DNA of 48,934 nucleotides from a virus (Duplodnaviria; Heunggongvirae; Uroviricota; Caudoviricetes): IMG/VR virus record IMGVR_UViG_2531839665_000028; one strand, 5' to 3'. Shown piece by piece: positions 1 to 9,125 of this stretch (position 1 is its first letter; each line of letters starts with the position of its first letter). The notes under the pieces were generated by a model. It saw only the letters and a program-made list of their open reading frames with translations, ran no database searches and was not told where the DNA came from. The position numbers and the translations under genes were made by a program.

Positions 1-74
1 CCCGTAACGCCTCTGCCACGCGCGTAACGTGACAGGGATTAAGGGTAAACTAATTGATTTTGCAAGTTTTTATT

Positions 75-1361
75 TTACCCAGCTTTCTTATGGGGCATAC
101 ATGGGACACTTTCAGATAGTCTTTTGTTAAGGAGTTCTATCTGTTCGTGATTGTTGTCTTTCATCCATGCTCCGTAAACATTGAATACCATTTGTGCGTT
201 TGTGTGGCCCATCTGGCTTGCGATAAAACTAGGATTAGCTCCTGCGGCAAGTGACCAGCATGCATAAGTATGCCTGGATTGGTACGATTTTCTGTGTCTC
301 AGACCTGCGCGTTTTAAGATACTTGTCCATGACTCCCTGATGGAGTCAACCTTGTAGTGAGGTCCGGACAACTGCTGCTGTTTTGTTACCTGAGGACTAA
401 AAACAAAAGTGCATTTATGCACAGCAGTTCTCCCATATTCCCTCTGCTTCACCTCTACAGAATGTTGCTTTCCAAGCATGGTCATTTCCGCCTGGCTTTT
501 AAGAGCATCAATAGCTGGTTGAACCAGATGAATTGTCCTTCCGGTGCCTGCATCGGTTTTTGGTGGAGTGAATTCGCCAAGTTTTGTATAATTCCTACGG
601 ATGGTTATAGTCCTTGCTTTAAGGTCTATATCTTCCCATGCCAGCGATACCAGCTCCCCGTGACGAATACCCGTGTATACAGCGAGAATCCACAGGTTTT
701 TTGTTTGTTGATGACGGCAAGCCTCAATAAAACGAATAAATTCGTCACGGGTGAGAGGATCTGGTTTTACCTTGGACTTTTTTAAGGGTGCCAGACCGTT
801 AAATGGGTTTCCTGAGGTATAACCATTATCTGTTGCAAATTGAAACATTCCAGCTATGGTTGTCATATAGTAGTTTACCGTGACCACTGAGCGCCCTTTT
901 ATGGAAGAAGTCTTTCCATTAGAAAGCTTTTGGTAACCGGTCAACAAATCTCTCCTTGCGAAAAGTAAATCCTCTTTTGTTATGGATGAAACTAGTTTTT
1001 TTTCTCCCAACATAGGCAACATGTTTTTAATTACTGACTGGTAACGATTAAGTGCATTCGCACAAATCTCTATTTTCTTCAGTTCAAGCCATTTTTCCGA
1101 AAGTGCCTTAACGGTTATCTCTCTTTTTCCCAGACCAAAGTGTTTCAGGTTAGGGGAATTAGGGAACTGCGCGGCGTAGTCGAAACTCCCCATTCTGATT
1201 GCAAAACAAACGGAAGTGCGAAGTTCACCTGCGATCTTCCGGTTTTTGGCGGTGTCAGGAACACCGAGGTTTTCTCTGACACGTTTGCCATTATAGTGAA
1301 ACCATATACGGAGTGATCCGCCATGGTTTTCAACGCCTGTCGGGTATGATGCGTTACTCAT
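75..1361 (-). CDS. int: Tyrosine recombinase / phage integrase
   Basis: 428-aa ORF with a C-terminal catalytic region typical of lambda-family integrases (conserved R..H..R..Y spacing, ...HTYACW...VYGAW). GGGAGG Shine-Dalgarno 4 nt upstream of the ATG. Position at the prophage left end. Confidence 0.9.
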   Translation of the reverse strand: MSNASYPTGVENHGGSLRIWFHYNGKRVRENLGVPDTAKNRKIAGELRTSVCFAIRMGSFDYAAQFPNSPNLKHFGLGKREITVKALSEKWLELKKIEICANALNRYQSVIKNMLPMLGEKKLVSSITKEDLLFARRDLLTGYQKLSNGKTSSIKGRSVVTVNYYMTTIAGMFQFATDNGYTSGNPFNGLAPLKKSKVKPDPLTRDEFIRFIEACRHQQTKNLWILAVYTGIRHGELVSLAWEDIDLKARTITIRRNYTKLGEFTPPKTDAGTGRTIHLVQPAIDALKSQAEMTMLGKQHSVEVKQREYGRTAVHKCTFVFSPQVTKQQQLSGPHYKVDSIRESWTSILKRAGLRHRKSYQSRHTYACWSLAAGANPSFIASQMGHTNAQMVFNVYGAWMKDNNHEQIELLNKRLSESVPCMPHKKAG

Positions 1362-1394
1362 TAAACCTCCCAGACGTCCAGGAGCATTAACAGG

Positions 1395-1649
1395 TTAACC
1401 GGAACTTGCATTTTTGGCACCTGGTTGTTTCTGGTTTTCGATCCATCGCATAATCTCTTCGATGTTGTACAGGCATTCACTGTAGTGCCCCGGATCACCT
1501 TCTACAGAGTAATGGCGGTATTCTTTTCCCTGTATCCATGACTTTCTTCTGGCCCGCTCGATGGTGCCGGGCTTTAGCCCTGTTGATGCAATAAGGACTC
1601 TCTCCGTACACCATTTGCTGGGGGTTATCTGATAGATGATTGTCTGCAT
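1395..1649 (-). CDS. Putative excisionase / small DNA-binding protein
   Basis: 84-aa ORF immediately upstream of int on the same strand, GAGG RBS; size and position fit an excisionase. Confidence 0.5.
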   Translation of the reverse strand: MQTIIYQITPSKWCTERVLIASTGLKPGTIERARRKSWIQGKEYRHYSVEGDPGHYSECLYNIEEIMRWIENQKQPGAKNASSG

Positions 1650-1667
1650 GCCAACCTCATAAAACTT

Positions 1668-1802
1668 TCATCCACGGCAGTGGCACCACATTTCAAACAT
1701 TCGCTTCACAACTTCACGACAGTAGAAACCGTCAACATCTCGCGTCAGATCATAGCGATTGCCGTAACGCTGGCGTATCCATCGTTCAAATGCTTTATTC
1801 AT
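1668..1802 (-). CDS. Small hypothetical protein (44 aa)
   Basis: ORF below the track cutoff found by manual translation (MNKAFERWIRQRYG...), preceded by an AAGGAAG RBS. Confidence 0.3.
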   Translation of the reverse strand: MNKAFERWIRQRYGNRYDLTRDVDGFYCREVVKRMFEMWCHCRG

Positions 1803-1834
1803 TGTTTACTTCCTTTTCATGGCCCGTAATTTTT

Positions 1835-2047
1835 TCAGATGAGCTTCCTGCTCTGTTTCTGCCAGAATTTGTCGGTATTCCTGGTGATCAATCCGTTCAA
1901 ACGTTCATTGAAATCGTTTATTTTTACTGACTGTGTTCGCCCATCCATTCTTCTGTACAACACTGTGTTGTTTATGCAGCGAACAATTTTTATCGGGTAG
2001 CCAGCACTATCGGTGTATATCTGCCCGCGTTGAATCAAAGCGAACAT
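1835..2047 (-). CDS. Hypothetical early protein (70 aa from internal ATG)
   Basis: ORF 1835..2083 with a TTG at 2083; the internal ATG at 2047 has a better RBS. Confidence 0.4.
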   Translation of the reverse strand: MFALIQRGQIYTDSAGYPIKIVRCINNTVLYRRMDGRTQSVKINDFNERLNGLITRNTDKFWQKQSRKLI

Positions 2048-2131
2048 GTGGTTATCCCCATCGACAAATCGAGAACACAACAAACGCTGCTGCGAATACC
2101 ACCCCCAGAGTTACGATTGCATCAGGCCAGC

Positions 2132-2998
2132 TCATTGATTCACCTCCTGCTGCGGTGCTGCTGGCATTTCACGCCAGTGCGTAACTGAGTGCGGATCCGG
2201 ATATTCGGTGCCATCATCCCAGCGATTGCCATTCCACATTGCAGACCACATCTCACCGTCTTCATACATGACCATTACCGGAATTAACTTATCCGGCATT
2301 CGCTCACTACAGCTTATCCAACTATCCGGAGTTACCGGATAGTTGCCCGATAGTGCATTCTGCTCCAGTGATGCTTTTACAAACCACGCTGCCTGAACTA
2401 TAACGCCATGAATCCAGCGCAAATCAGCATCGCGATCTTTCTTTTTCATCTTTTCGCCACTTAAGGCCTTGCTTATGTGGCTGCGTGCCAGGTCTTCATG
2501 TAATTCCTTCGCATCCTCAATGGTGAAACCACCAGGCAGAAGAGCCGGAGTTACCGGAGAGCTGGTTGACGCTTCCGGGATTTTCCGAAAATTATTGGTT
2601 GACGAATCTTTATTTTCCCGAAAGTTTCCGGACTGAAGCATGGCTTCGCGGCAATCGTTCCAGCCTGTAGCGTATGCAGCCGCTTTGCTGCTGCCTTCAA
2701 CTGGCGCATCCTGCCAATACATTTCTTCCGGCACTATCGGCGCTGGAGGGGCGGCAAATAGATATCCGCCAAAGTCAGGAAGCTCTCCAATGGCCTGTAC
2801 GAACTTTTGTTTGCCTACGTCAACTCCTAATGGGTAATGAGCTATAATCTTTGCCACCGGCTCTGCTTCCAGCGATACCAGTGCAATTCGCGCCAGTTCT
2901 TCCGCTTCTTCTGCTGGCAGTACAACGTTGCTATCAGGTCCGTATGTTTCGCGCCACTGCTTGATTGTCAGCAGTCGCTCTTTGGTAATAGTGATCAT
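2132..2998 (-). CDS. DUF551-domain phage protein
   Basis: C-terminal ...THWREMPAAP motif typical of DUF551 proteins of lambdoid early regions; ATGA start/stop overlap with the upstream gene. Confidence 0.55.
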   Translation of the reverse strand: MITITKERLLTIKQWRETYGPDSNVVLPAEEAEELARIALVSLEAEPVAKIIAHYPLGVDVGKQKFVQAIGELPDFGGYLFAAPPAPIVPEEMYWQDAPVEGSSKAAAYATGWNDCREAMLQSGNFRENKDSSTNNFRKIPEASTSSPVTPALLPGGFTIEDAKELHEDLARSHISKALSGEKMKKKDRDADLRWIHGVIVQAAWFVKASLEQNALSGNYPVTPDSWISCSERMPDKLIPVMVMYEDGEMWSAMWNGNRWDDGTEYPDPHSVTHWREMPAAPQQEVNQ

Positions 2999-3510
2999 GC
3001 CGCGTTTCCTTCTTTCTTATTAACAATTACACCGTCATATATTTCATTAAGGTGCCCTCTCAACTCCATGCGCCTTAATGCAGATAACATGTAATCGCAT
3101 TCAACCTGCTTATTTCCAGTAAATGGCTTATCGTCAGGATTACCCCAACAGCAATTACCCTTGGGCCACCCATGTACTTTCCGTACTCTTCCGTTAACAA
3201 CGTGAAGTAATCCCCAGCCAGGTGGTAAATCCTCAATTGAAATAATTCCCGGCTCACTAATAAAGAATCGCCAGTCGCCCATGCCAAGTGAGGGATTTTT
3301 ACGGAAACGCTTTTTTCTATCTGCCAACAAGTCAGCACGAGAACACTTCGCCTCTATCAGGCATGATGCTGAATTTCTGAATCCCATAGCATCTGGCTGT
3401 TCTCCGGTACTGGTTACAGCAACAAAGCGGTCATGAAAGCAAACCTTGAACCCGTTGCGCTTAAGGAACTTGTACGCAATCTGACAGAGTTCGTGGTGTG
3501 TTAACGCCAT
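2995..3510 (-). CDS. Hypothetical early protein, possible PD-(D/E)xK-like nuclease fold
   Basis: 171-aa ORF with a D..(E)AK-like motif (DAMGF...LIEAK) and a Cys/His-rich C-terminus. Family not recognised with certainty. Confidence 0.4.
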   Translation of the reverse strand: MALTHHELCQIAYKFLKRNGFKVCFHDRFVAVTSTGEQPDAMGFRNSASCLIEAKCSRADLLADRKKRFRKNPSLGMGDWRFFISEPGIISIEDLPPGWGLLHVVNGRVRKVHGWPKGNCCWGNPDDKPFTGNKQVECDYMLSALRRMELRGHLNEIYDGVIVNKKEGNAA

Positions 3511-3511
3511 A

Positions 3512-4111
3512 TCACTCTCCTTTGATGCGAATGTCAGCGACGCGTAATGCGTGTTCTAGGTCAATCAGGTAAAGCCAACTGCCATTTTCTTTAGGTATCA
3601 TGACTTGTCGCTCATCTGCATTTATCGGGTGTCCATATCGAAGGTCGTAGCGAGTCGGTAATTGAACTTCCCGCGCTTCCAGTTCAGCAATACGCTTGCA
3701 CCCATCAGAGATAACTCCCTCGTAATACTCGCGCTGCTCGTTGAGTTTTGATTTTGTCTCCTCAAGCTCAACGCGCAGCTTCCCTACCGTTAGCGCAATA
3801 TCCTCGTTCTCCTGGTCGCGGCGTTTGATGTATTGCTGGTTTCTTTCCTGTTCATCCAGCAGTGCCAGCACGGTAGCCGGGTTAGCCTCTGCTATGAATT
3901 CAGCGTTTGCATAAGCCTGAGCATCTGATTCAATCAGGCAGTTAACATGACATTCCGCAATCACGCCACCGGGTTCTCCTTTCCATTTTTGACAAACAAA
4001 AACTCCTGTTAAATTGCCGTGTTGGTTAACAGATGTATGCCCTACGATGTAGCTTCCTTTAGTTGCTTTCTCTGCCTTTTCACGCAGTACCTGATAGTTA
4101 ATGTTGCTCAC
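3512..4111 (-). CDS. Ead/Ea22-like early protein
   Basis: 199-aa ORF, GTG start with AAGGAGG RBS; N-terminus (MSNINYQ...) and coiled-coil middle resemble Ea22-like prophage proteins. Confidence 0.5.
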   Translation of the reverse strand: MSNINYQVLREKAEKATKGSYIVGHTSVNQHGNLTGVFVCQKWKGEPGGVIAECHVNCLIESDAQAYANAEFIAEANPATVLALLDEQERNQQYIKRRDQENEDIALTVGKLRVELEETKSKLNEQREYYEGVISDGCKRIAELEAREVQLPTRYDLRYGHPINADERQVMIPKENGSWLYLIDLEHALRVADIRIKGE

Positions 4112-4161
4112 TGGTTGCCTCCTTTACGGATCTGCGCTGCGATGCACGAAAAAAAAGACTT

Positions 4162-4347
4162 TCACGTATGACTGTTAAGAGCTGGCGCGAACGCCGCGTT
4201 AAGAACGGCGGCATCACAGCCGTCATCGATATAGAGCGCAATTTTTTTCTCCAGGCGTGCTTTGGCTTCCTGCAACTGCATACCCCGGCACGCACGCGGG
4301 ATATACTCAGCAATTTGAGCGATAGATTTTTCGTTCTGTTTAAACAT
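4162..4347 (-). CDS. Small hypothetical early protein (61 aa)
   Basis: ATG with GAGGTGA RBS; overlaps the upstream gene end by 8 nt (coupled). Confidence 0.45.
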   Translation of the reverse strand: MFKQNEKSIAQIAEYIPRACRGMQLQEAKARLEKKIALYIDDGCDAAVLNAAFAPALNSHT

Positions 4348-4543
4348 GCTTCACCTCGATAGGCTTGATGGTATCGATCAGCAGTCGGCGGCGAGTATTT
4401 TCTGCAAAGTGGCGGCGTCCGGTTTCTTTGTGGTAAAACTCGTTTTTTCCGACGACCCACATCCGCTTTGTCTGGTGCAGTTTTTTTACCTGCGGACCGT
4501 CTCGGGTGATAACAATTCCTGTATGAGTTTTTATCACGCTCAT
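4340..4543 (-). CDS. Small hypothetical early protein (67 aa)
   Basis: ATGA overlap with the upstream DUF551 gene; position corresponds to yfdT in the CPS-53-like block. Confidence 0.45.
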   Translation of the reverse strand: MSVIKTHTGIVITRDGPQVKKLHQTKRMWVVGKNEFYHKETGRRHFAENTRRRLLIDTIKPIEVKHV

Positions 4544-4902
4544 TTTTTATTCTTCGGTGCTTTCGGCATTACTGCCCAGTGAGTGATATTGACGTTTTCA
4601 AGGTCCCCGACCTGAAATGTCCACTGCCATTCTCCGGTTTCTTTTTGTCCCCAGGTGTACCAGAGAGAACGCCAGCCAATTAGCCAGCCTTCTCCGTTAG
4701 CATCAAATAACAGAACACTTTCATTTGCTGGCGGCAGTTCAGCTGACACTGGTATTATTTTGTTTTCCAGTGCCGCACATTTAGCTTCAAGCGCATCGAA
4801 TTTACGTACCAGGTACTCAGCATTTGTTTCATTCACTTTCAGATCTCGGGGTACACATTTCCCGCGAAGAAACCCTTCCATTTCGAAAACATTCATGCGC
4901 AT
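4540..4902 (-). CDS. DUF551-domain protein (YfdS-like, 120 aa)
   Basis: C-terminal ...THWAVMPKAP motif; size and position match yfdS of CPS-53. Confidence 0.5.
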   Translation of the reverse strand: MRMNVFEMEGFLRGKCVPRDLKVNETNAEYLVRKFDALEAKCAALENKIIPVSAELPPANESVLLFDANGEGWLIGWRSLWYTWGQKETGEWQWTFQVGDLENVNITHWAVMPKAPKNKK

Positions 4903-5429
4903 TTGCGTAACTCCGATAACTCGTTAAAACGTTCCATAAACATCCCATAGGCATGGCCTGGCGACAGTGGAATAACTTTGAACATCTCTGTTGCCGGGAT
5001 ACCTTCCAGTACAGGCCAGAAAGAGCCATCATCAAGCCCGAGATCGCGGCGTTCGGTTGCCAGCATAATGAGATCGGCATATTTCACTGGCGTGCTCATA
5101 ACAGGAGGTAACCCGTATTTCTCACGGATTACGGCGTCTATTTTTTCTTCCATCCGTTTATAGTCAGGAAGAAGGCGTTTCAGTGGAGCTGGGATGTCCT
5201 GGCAATACGCTTCTGTTGCATCATGCATTAACGCTTCAAAAGCAAATTCCTGCGGCACCAGCTGGCTGCAAAGCACCGCATGCTGGGCGACGCTGTAGAA
5301 GTGTGAAAGATGTCCTGCAAAGCGACAGATATTTGAAAGGGAAACCGCGATATCGCTAATCACGATGTCGTCTTTATTTATCCTGTCATAATAAAAATGC
5401 TTCCCGGAAAAAGTTTTAATAAATGACAT
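4893..5429 (-). CDS. HD-domain phosphohydrolase (YfdR-like 5-prime-deoxynucleotidase)
   Basis: 178 aa from the internal ATG with GGAGAA RBS; HD motifs (H...HD: SVAQHAVL...ALMHDATEAY). Confidence 0.7.
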   Translation of the reverse strand: MSFIKTFSGKHFYYDRINKDDIVISDIAVSLSNICRFAGHLSHFYSVAQHAVLCSQLVPQEFAFEALMHDATEAYCQDIPAPLKRLLPDYKRMEEKIDAVIREKYGLPPVMSTPVKYADLIMLATERRDLGLDDGSFWPVLEGIPATEMFKVIPLSPGHAYGMFMERFNELSELRKCA

Positions 5430-5556
5430 TTTGTTCTCCACGTATATGTGCTGCACCACGCTGAATTCTGGTAAAAGGAAGACCTCACCATCCGGTGATT
5501 ATTGAGTTAATTACGTTTCCATAAATGCCCCCGCAGGGGCATTTGCAGTAATGAAA

Positions 5557-6381
5557 TCAGGCGGTGAAAGTACCAATAAAGGTTTCTACTTTGCTGTCTT
5601 TGAATTTCTCAACAAGCAGATCACGAAATTCGTTAGCCATTTCTTCCTGCACCGCTTCCAGCTGAATAATGCGCAGAACCAGTACAGGACGATCGCCAGT
5701 GATAATGCTGAGGCGTAATTTAAACGGACGTTCTTTCAGACCTTCAAACGGAACGCATTTAAATTCAAATGCCACTGGCATAATGTCTTTGGTCTTCGCT
5801 TCGACAGACTCCATCAGAGAGCGTTTGCCGCTGAAGTCATTGTCTTCAAAATCAGCGGTCTGGTTTGCTTCAATTGTGATTTTACGGACTGCCGCAGCTG
5901 CTTTTGTTGCCTGAATGGCGTCACCATTAGCATCAAAGCCCACAAGGTAGTCGGCCCAGTCTTCAATCCATTCTGCCAGTGACTTCTGGGAGTTACGCTC
6001 GCCATTAACAGACAACAGAGCAGAGAACGGTGCTGTCTTTTTCAGTTTGAGAGTGGCGGTGTTATCTGCGTGACCTGGTTCATCAATAGTACCTAGGTTA
6101 AGCACACTGACGGCACGCATATTATCGGCATCGATAAAGCAGCGGGTGCCTTCATCTGCAAGATCTTTAGAATAACGGGTAAAGTCATCGATGCTGGCAG
6201 TGGAAAGCGCACCACGGAAACGGAAACGATTTAAATTAAATTTTTCCAGATCATGAATGCGGAAATTCTCAGGCAATGCCACAGCATCGGCACCAATCTT
6301 ACTGATAATTTCATTAACACCCTGAGCAGAAATAAGGGTATGGATTTGATTAATTGCGGTTGCGTCTAAGTTCTGAGACAT
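5557..6381 (-). CDS. YfdQ-like protein (DUF2303)
   Basis: 274-aa ORF with GTGAGGA RBS; size and sequence character match prophage YfdQ. Confidence 0.6.
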   Translation of the reverse strand: MSQNLDATAINQIHTLISAQGVNEIISKIGADAVALPENFRIHDLEKFNLNRFRFRGALSTASIDDFTRYSKDLADEGTRCFIDADNMRAVSVLNLGTIDEPGHADNTATLKLKKTAPFSALLSVNGERNSQKSLAEWIEDWADYLVGFDANGDAIQATKAAAAVRKITIEANQTADFEDNDFSGKRSLMESVEAKTKDIMPVAFEFKCVPFEGLKERPFKLRLSIITGDRPVLVLRIIQLEAVQEEMANEFRDLLVEKFKDSKVETFIGTFTA

Positions 6382-6445
6382 AATAAGTCCTCACTATATA
6401 AAATATTCAGTAATGAGATAAATAATCAGTTAATTAAAAACGATA

Positions 6446-6808
6446 TTAATGACCTGCTGCGCGGAGTTTTCCGTCAGGTTCACCGGCAAGAGTCAGTAAT
6501 TGTCCCTGGTCTTCCTGCAGAATAGTCAGGCGACCACCGCGATTGACATACATCGGCGTTTCGGTGGTGTCTTCTTCGGAAATTTTCCCGCGGTTAGTCG
6601 GGCGAACATATGAGAGTTTGTGTTTGATTTTCACACGGTTCTCATCAAACGGTTCGATTTCCAGGTTGAGCGAGACCTTACCTTTGGTTTTCGTGTTCAT
6701 CACACCGGAAGCGACTTCACTGAGAACAGCGCCGATTTTGGTTTCAAATACGCCGCCGTCCAGCTCCCCGATAAATGCCTGCACATCAGTACTGCGTTCG
6801 CTAGCCAT
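6446..6808 (-). CDS. YfdP-like protein (120 aa)
   Basis: The track ORF extends to 6994, but the ATG at 6808 has an AGGAG RBS and gives 120 aa (MASERSTD...). Confidence 0.5.
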   Translation of the reverse strand: MASERSTDVQAFIGELDGGVFETKIGAVLSEVASGVMNTKTKGKVSLNLEIEPFDENRVKIKHKLSYVRPTNRGKISEEDTTETPMYVNRGGRLTILQEDQGQLLTLAGEPDGKLRAAGH

Positions 6809-6856
6809 TTTGCTGCTCCTCATCATATCGACCCTGCAAGGTCGGTTGGTTTCTCC

Positions 6857-6957
6857 ACAAAACAGAGAAGAACACCTGCGGTGACAGCCGCCCGGATGGA
6901 TTGGGTTATGAGCCCGTCGTCCGGTGATGCTCTTCTCTGTTTTGTAAAAAGAGCGGT
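6857..6957 (-). promoter_or_regulatory. Early-left leader structure: boxA-like CGCTCTTTTTAC followed by a 15-bp inverted repeat (possible nut- or put-like antitermination element)
   Basis: Minus strand reads CGCTCTTTTTAC (forward 6944-6955), then inverted repeats ACAAAACAGAGAAGA / TCTTCTCTGTTTTGT (6857-6871 and 6931-6945) flanking about 60 nt. Confidence 0.3.
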
Positions 6958-7436
6958 ACCAGCCGGAAGCAAGTGTACAAACTGGTACCGCCAAAGCAGT
7001 GGCTGCTGTGGTGACCGGTGCTGATCTCCGGCTTGCGGTTATTTCAGACTCTCACGGGCGTTTAATTGCCCCGCCGAACAGCTCTTTTCCGCAATAGCTG
7101 CAATGTCTTTCGCGCATCAGCCTGCGCATTCACCACAACGCTGAGAGCACTTAGCCAGTTACGGCACCACACTTTGTCGCGGTTCCATAAATGCCCTCAT
7201 CGTTGCACCCTGGTCTCTTCCCAGGCGTCAAACCGAATCGCCACGCTGGTTAGGCGTCTTATCAGCGTCATCATTGACTTGCACATTCCGGCTACCTGGT
7301 TTGTTTGCTCGAGCAAGGAGTGGATTGTCCCCTTTAACGTCACCAGACCGCTAACGACGCATGTGCCATACGCCGTGTTACAACCAAATTTTGTTAGTAC
7401 CTTGTTTGTATGTCTGGAAAGAAAGATAAAATGAAG

Positions 7437-7475
7437 TTGCGCATTATGCAAGTGTTTTTATTGCGAGATATGCAA
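7437..7475. promoter_or_regulatory. Putative OL operators (two TTGC-N7-GCAA sites) and leftward early promoter region
   Basis: TTGCGCATTATGCAA (7437-7451) and TTGCGAGATATGCAA (7461-7475) match the TTGCGCGTTAAGCAA site on the other side of cI. Confidence 0.45.
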
Positions 7476-7482
7476 TTTGGTG

Positions 7483-7508
7483 GGTGATGAAAAGCCACCT
7501 TCTGGTGG
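7483..7508 (-). terminator. Rho-independent terminator downstream of cI
   Basis: Minus strand GCCACCAGAAGGTGGC hairpin followed by TTTTC, just after the cI stop. Confidence 0.45.
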
Positions 7509-7530
7509 CTAATTGATGTTGAGGTAGGGG

Positions 7531-8223
7531 TTAATTGTGTCGCTTAAGGGTTTGTGACTGACTGATTAAGACCTTTCCAAAGACCATAAACCGATGTTCG
7601 TTTTCGCTGGTAATTCCCCATTCGCGGTAAATCTGATTATCAGAAATTACCAGCAGTTTATCAGGTATCATTTGCAGTCGTTTGACGTAAATTTTATCAT
7701 CAAAACCAAATACATATATACCATCCCCATCAAACTGATTGATACTGATATCAACGAAGATGAGATCTCCTGGCTCAATGGTTGGACACATACTGTCCCC
7801 ACGAACGTTGATAACTTTAATGTGATTTGCTGGTCGTCCACCAAACATCGATACAGCATTATCAGTTCTGTATTCAATGGCATGAATCACATCAATGACA
7901 TCACCGCCCTGGATAAGGCCATTTCCCGCACTGGCACTGACATCCAGCATTTCAATACGGAATACATCCTTCACCTGCGCAACATCCTCACTAATACTGT
8001 TTTTACATACAGTATTACTTTTGAGGTCTGAGGTAAAGAGATCAGCAATATCAACACCTAAGCTCCTGGCAATATTACTCAGGGCTTGTTCAGTGAATTG
8101 TTTCTGCTTACCTGTTTCGAGGCGCGAGATATTCGCCGCATCCACTCCTATTGCTTCAGCGAGATCGGCGATTTTCATGTTCTTCGCCTGGCGAAGTTGT
8201 CTGACTCGATTTCCTATGTTCAT
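7531..8223 (-). CDS. cI: CI-like prophage repressor (HTH_XRE + S24 LexA-like peptidase domain)
   Basis: 230-aa ORF with N-terminal HTH (...KIADLAEAIGVDAANISRLE...) and C-terminal S24 autopeptidase region (...GDSM...KRL...). No Shine-Dalgarno before the ATG, consistent with a leaderless pRM transcript. Confidence 0.85.
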   Translation of the reverse strand: MNIGNRVRQLRQAKNMKIADLAEAIGVDAANISRLETGKQKQFTEQALSNIARSLGVDIADLFTSDLKSNTVCKNSISEDVAQVKDVFRIEMLDVSASAGNGLIQGGDVIDVIHAIEYRTDNAVSMFGGRPANHIKVINVRGDSMCPTIEPGDLIFVDISINQFDGDGIYVFGFDDKIYVKRLQMIPDKLLVISDNQIYREWGITSENEHRFMVFGKVLISQSQTLKRHN

Positions 8224-8320
8224 GCGTTTATTACATTTCTTTATTGCGCGTTAAGCAAATCAACTTGCGCAAAATATTTGCGTGAAATAATATGCTCATC
8301 ACGCAATATGTGGAGGTTAT
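8224..8320. promoter_or_regulatory. Immunity-region OR operators and divergent pRM/pR promoters
   Basis: Intergenic region between divergent cI and cro: TTGCGCGTTAAGCAA (8244-8258), palindromic TTGCGCAA, and TTGCGTGA ... TCACGCAA inverted repeat. Confidence 0.5.
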
Positions 8321-8581
8321 ATGCAATCACCATTACGGAATGTGCGTAAGGCGCACGGATTTACTTTGCAGCATGTTGCTGCGGGCGTTCAGGTCAATCC
8401 AGCGACGCTGAGTCGTATTGAAAGACAGGAACAAATTCCATCTATCGATCTTGCAGAACGTCTGGCCAATTTTTTTAAGGGTGAAATCAGCGAAATGCAG
8501 ATTCTTTATCCGGCACGTTTTCAATCTAGCCAAAACCAGAATGGGTTTAAACCACAGGAACAGGAGGTAAGCCGTGGGTAA
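8321..8581 (+). CDS. cro: Cro-like HTH regulator
   Basis: 86-aa ORF divergent from cI, GGAGG RBS, HTH_XRE motif (...LQHVAAGVQVNPATLSRIERQE...). Confidence 0.7.
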   Translation: MQSPLRNVRKAHGFTLQHVAAGVQVNPATLSRIERQEQIPSIDLAERLANFFKGEISEMQILYPARFQSSQNQNGFKPQEQEVSRG

Positions 8582-9125
8582 GCATCACTGGAAAGTGGAA
8601 AAACAACCTGAGTGGTACGTGAAAGCTGTCAGAAAAACTATCGCGGCGTTGCCGGGAGGTTACGCTGAAGCTGCTGAGTGGCTGGATGTAACAGAGAACG
8701 CTTTATTCAACCGCCTTCGTGCAGATGGCGATCAGATTTTCCCGCTGGGATGGGCAATGATTTTACAGCGCGCGGCTGGCACTCACTACATTGCGGATGC
8801 TGTCGCACAGTCTGCTGGTGGGGTGTTTGTATCGCTTCCTGAAATTGAGGAAGTAGAGAACGCCGATATAAACCAGCGCCTGCTGGAAGCCATCGAACAG
8901 ATCGGGAGTTACTCAAAGCAGATTCGTTCGGCAATCGAAGATGGGGTAGTGGAGCCACACGAGCAGACAGCAATTAATGATGAGTTGTATCTGTCAATTT
9001 CGAAGCTCCAGGAGCATGCAGCACTGGTCTACAAAATCTTTTGCGCTCCAGAAAAGAGTGACGCCCGCGAGTGTGCAGCTCCGGGCGTCGTGGCGTTTTG
9101 TGTCTGTGGAGAAACTAACGCATGA
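8574..9125 (+). CDS. CII-like regulatory protein (Phage_CP76/YdaT-like family, tentative)
   Basis: 183-aa ORF, GTG start with AGGAGG RBS, overlapping the cro end; position and size fit CII-like regulators. Confidence 0.45.
   Translation: MGKHHWKVEKQPEWYVKAVRKTIAALPGGYAEAAEWLDVTENALFNRLRADGDQIFPLGWAMILQRAAGTHYIADAVAQSAGGVFVSLPEIEEVENADINQRLLEAIEQIGSYSKQIRSAIEDGVVEPHEQTAINDELYLSISKLQEHAALVYKIFCAPEKSDARECAAPGVVAFCVCGETNA

Noticed and set aside
1-74. attL core or tRNA-derived attachment site at the left edge
   Set aside because: Only 74 bp are available left of int and no tRNA fragment or direct repeat matching the right end could be identified in the window.
4098-4460. 120-aa Arg-rich ORF
   Set aside because: Overlaps two shorter ORFs (4162..4347 and 4340..4543) that have proper RBSs and coupling; composition is atypical.
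7066-7451. ORFs 7066..7434 (+) and 7197..7451 (-) as candidate N/cIII-like early genes
   Set aside because: No RBS, a start codon inside the operator repeats, Cys-rich low-plausibility translations and no arginine-rich motif. Left unannotated, though a small antiterminator could be hidden here.
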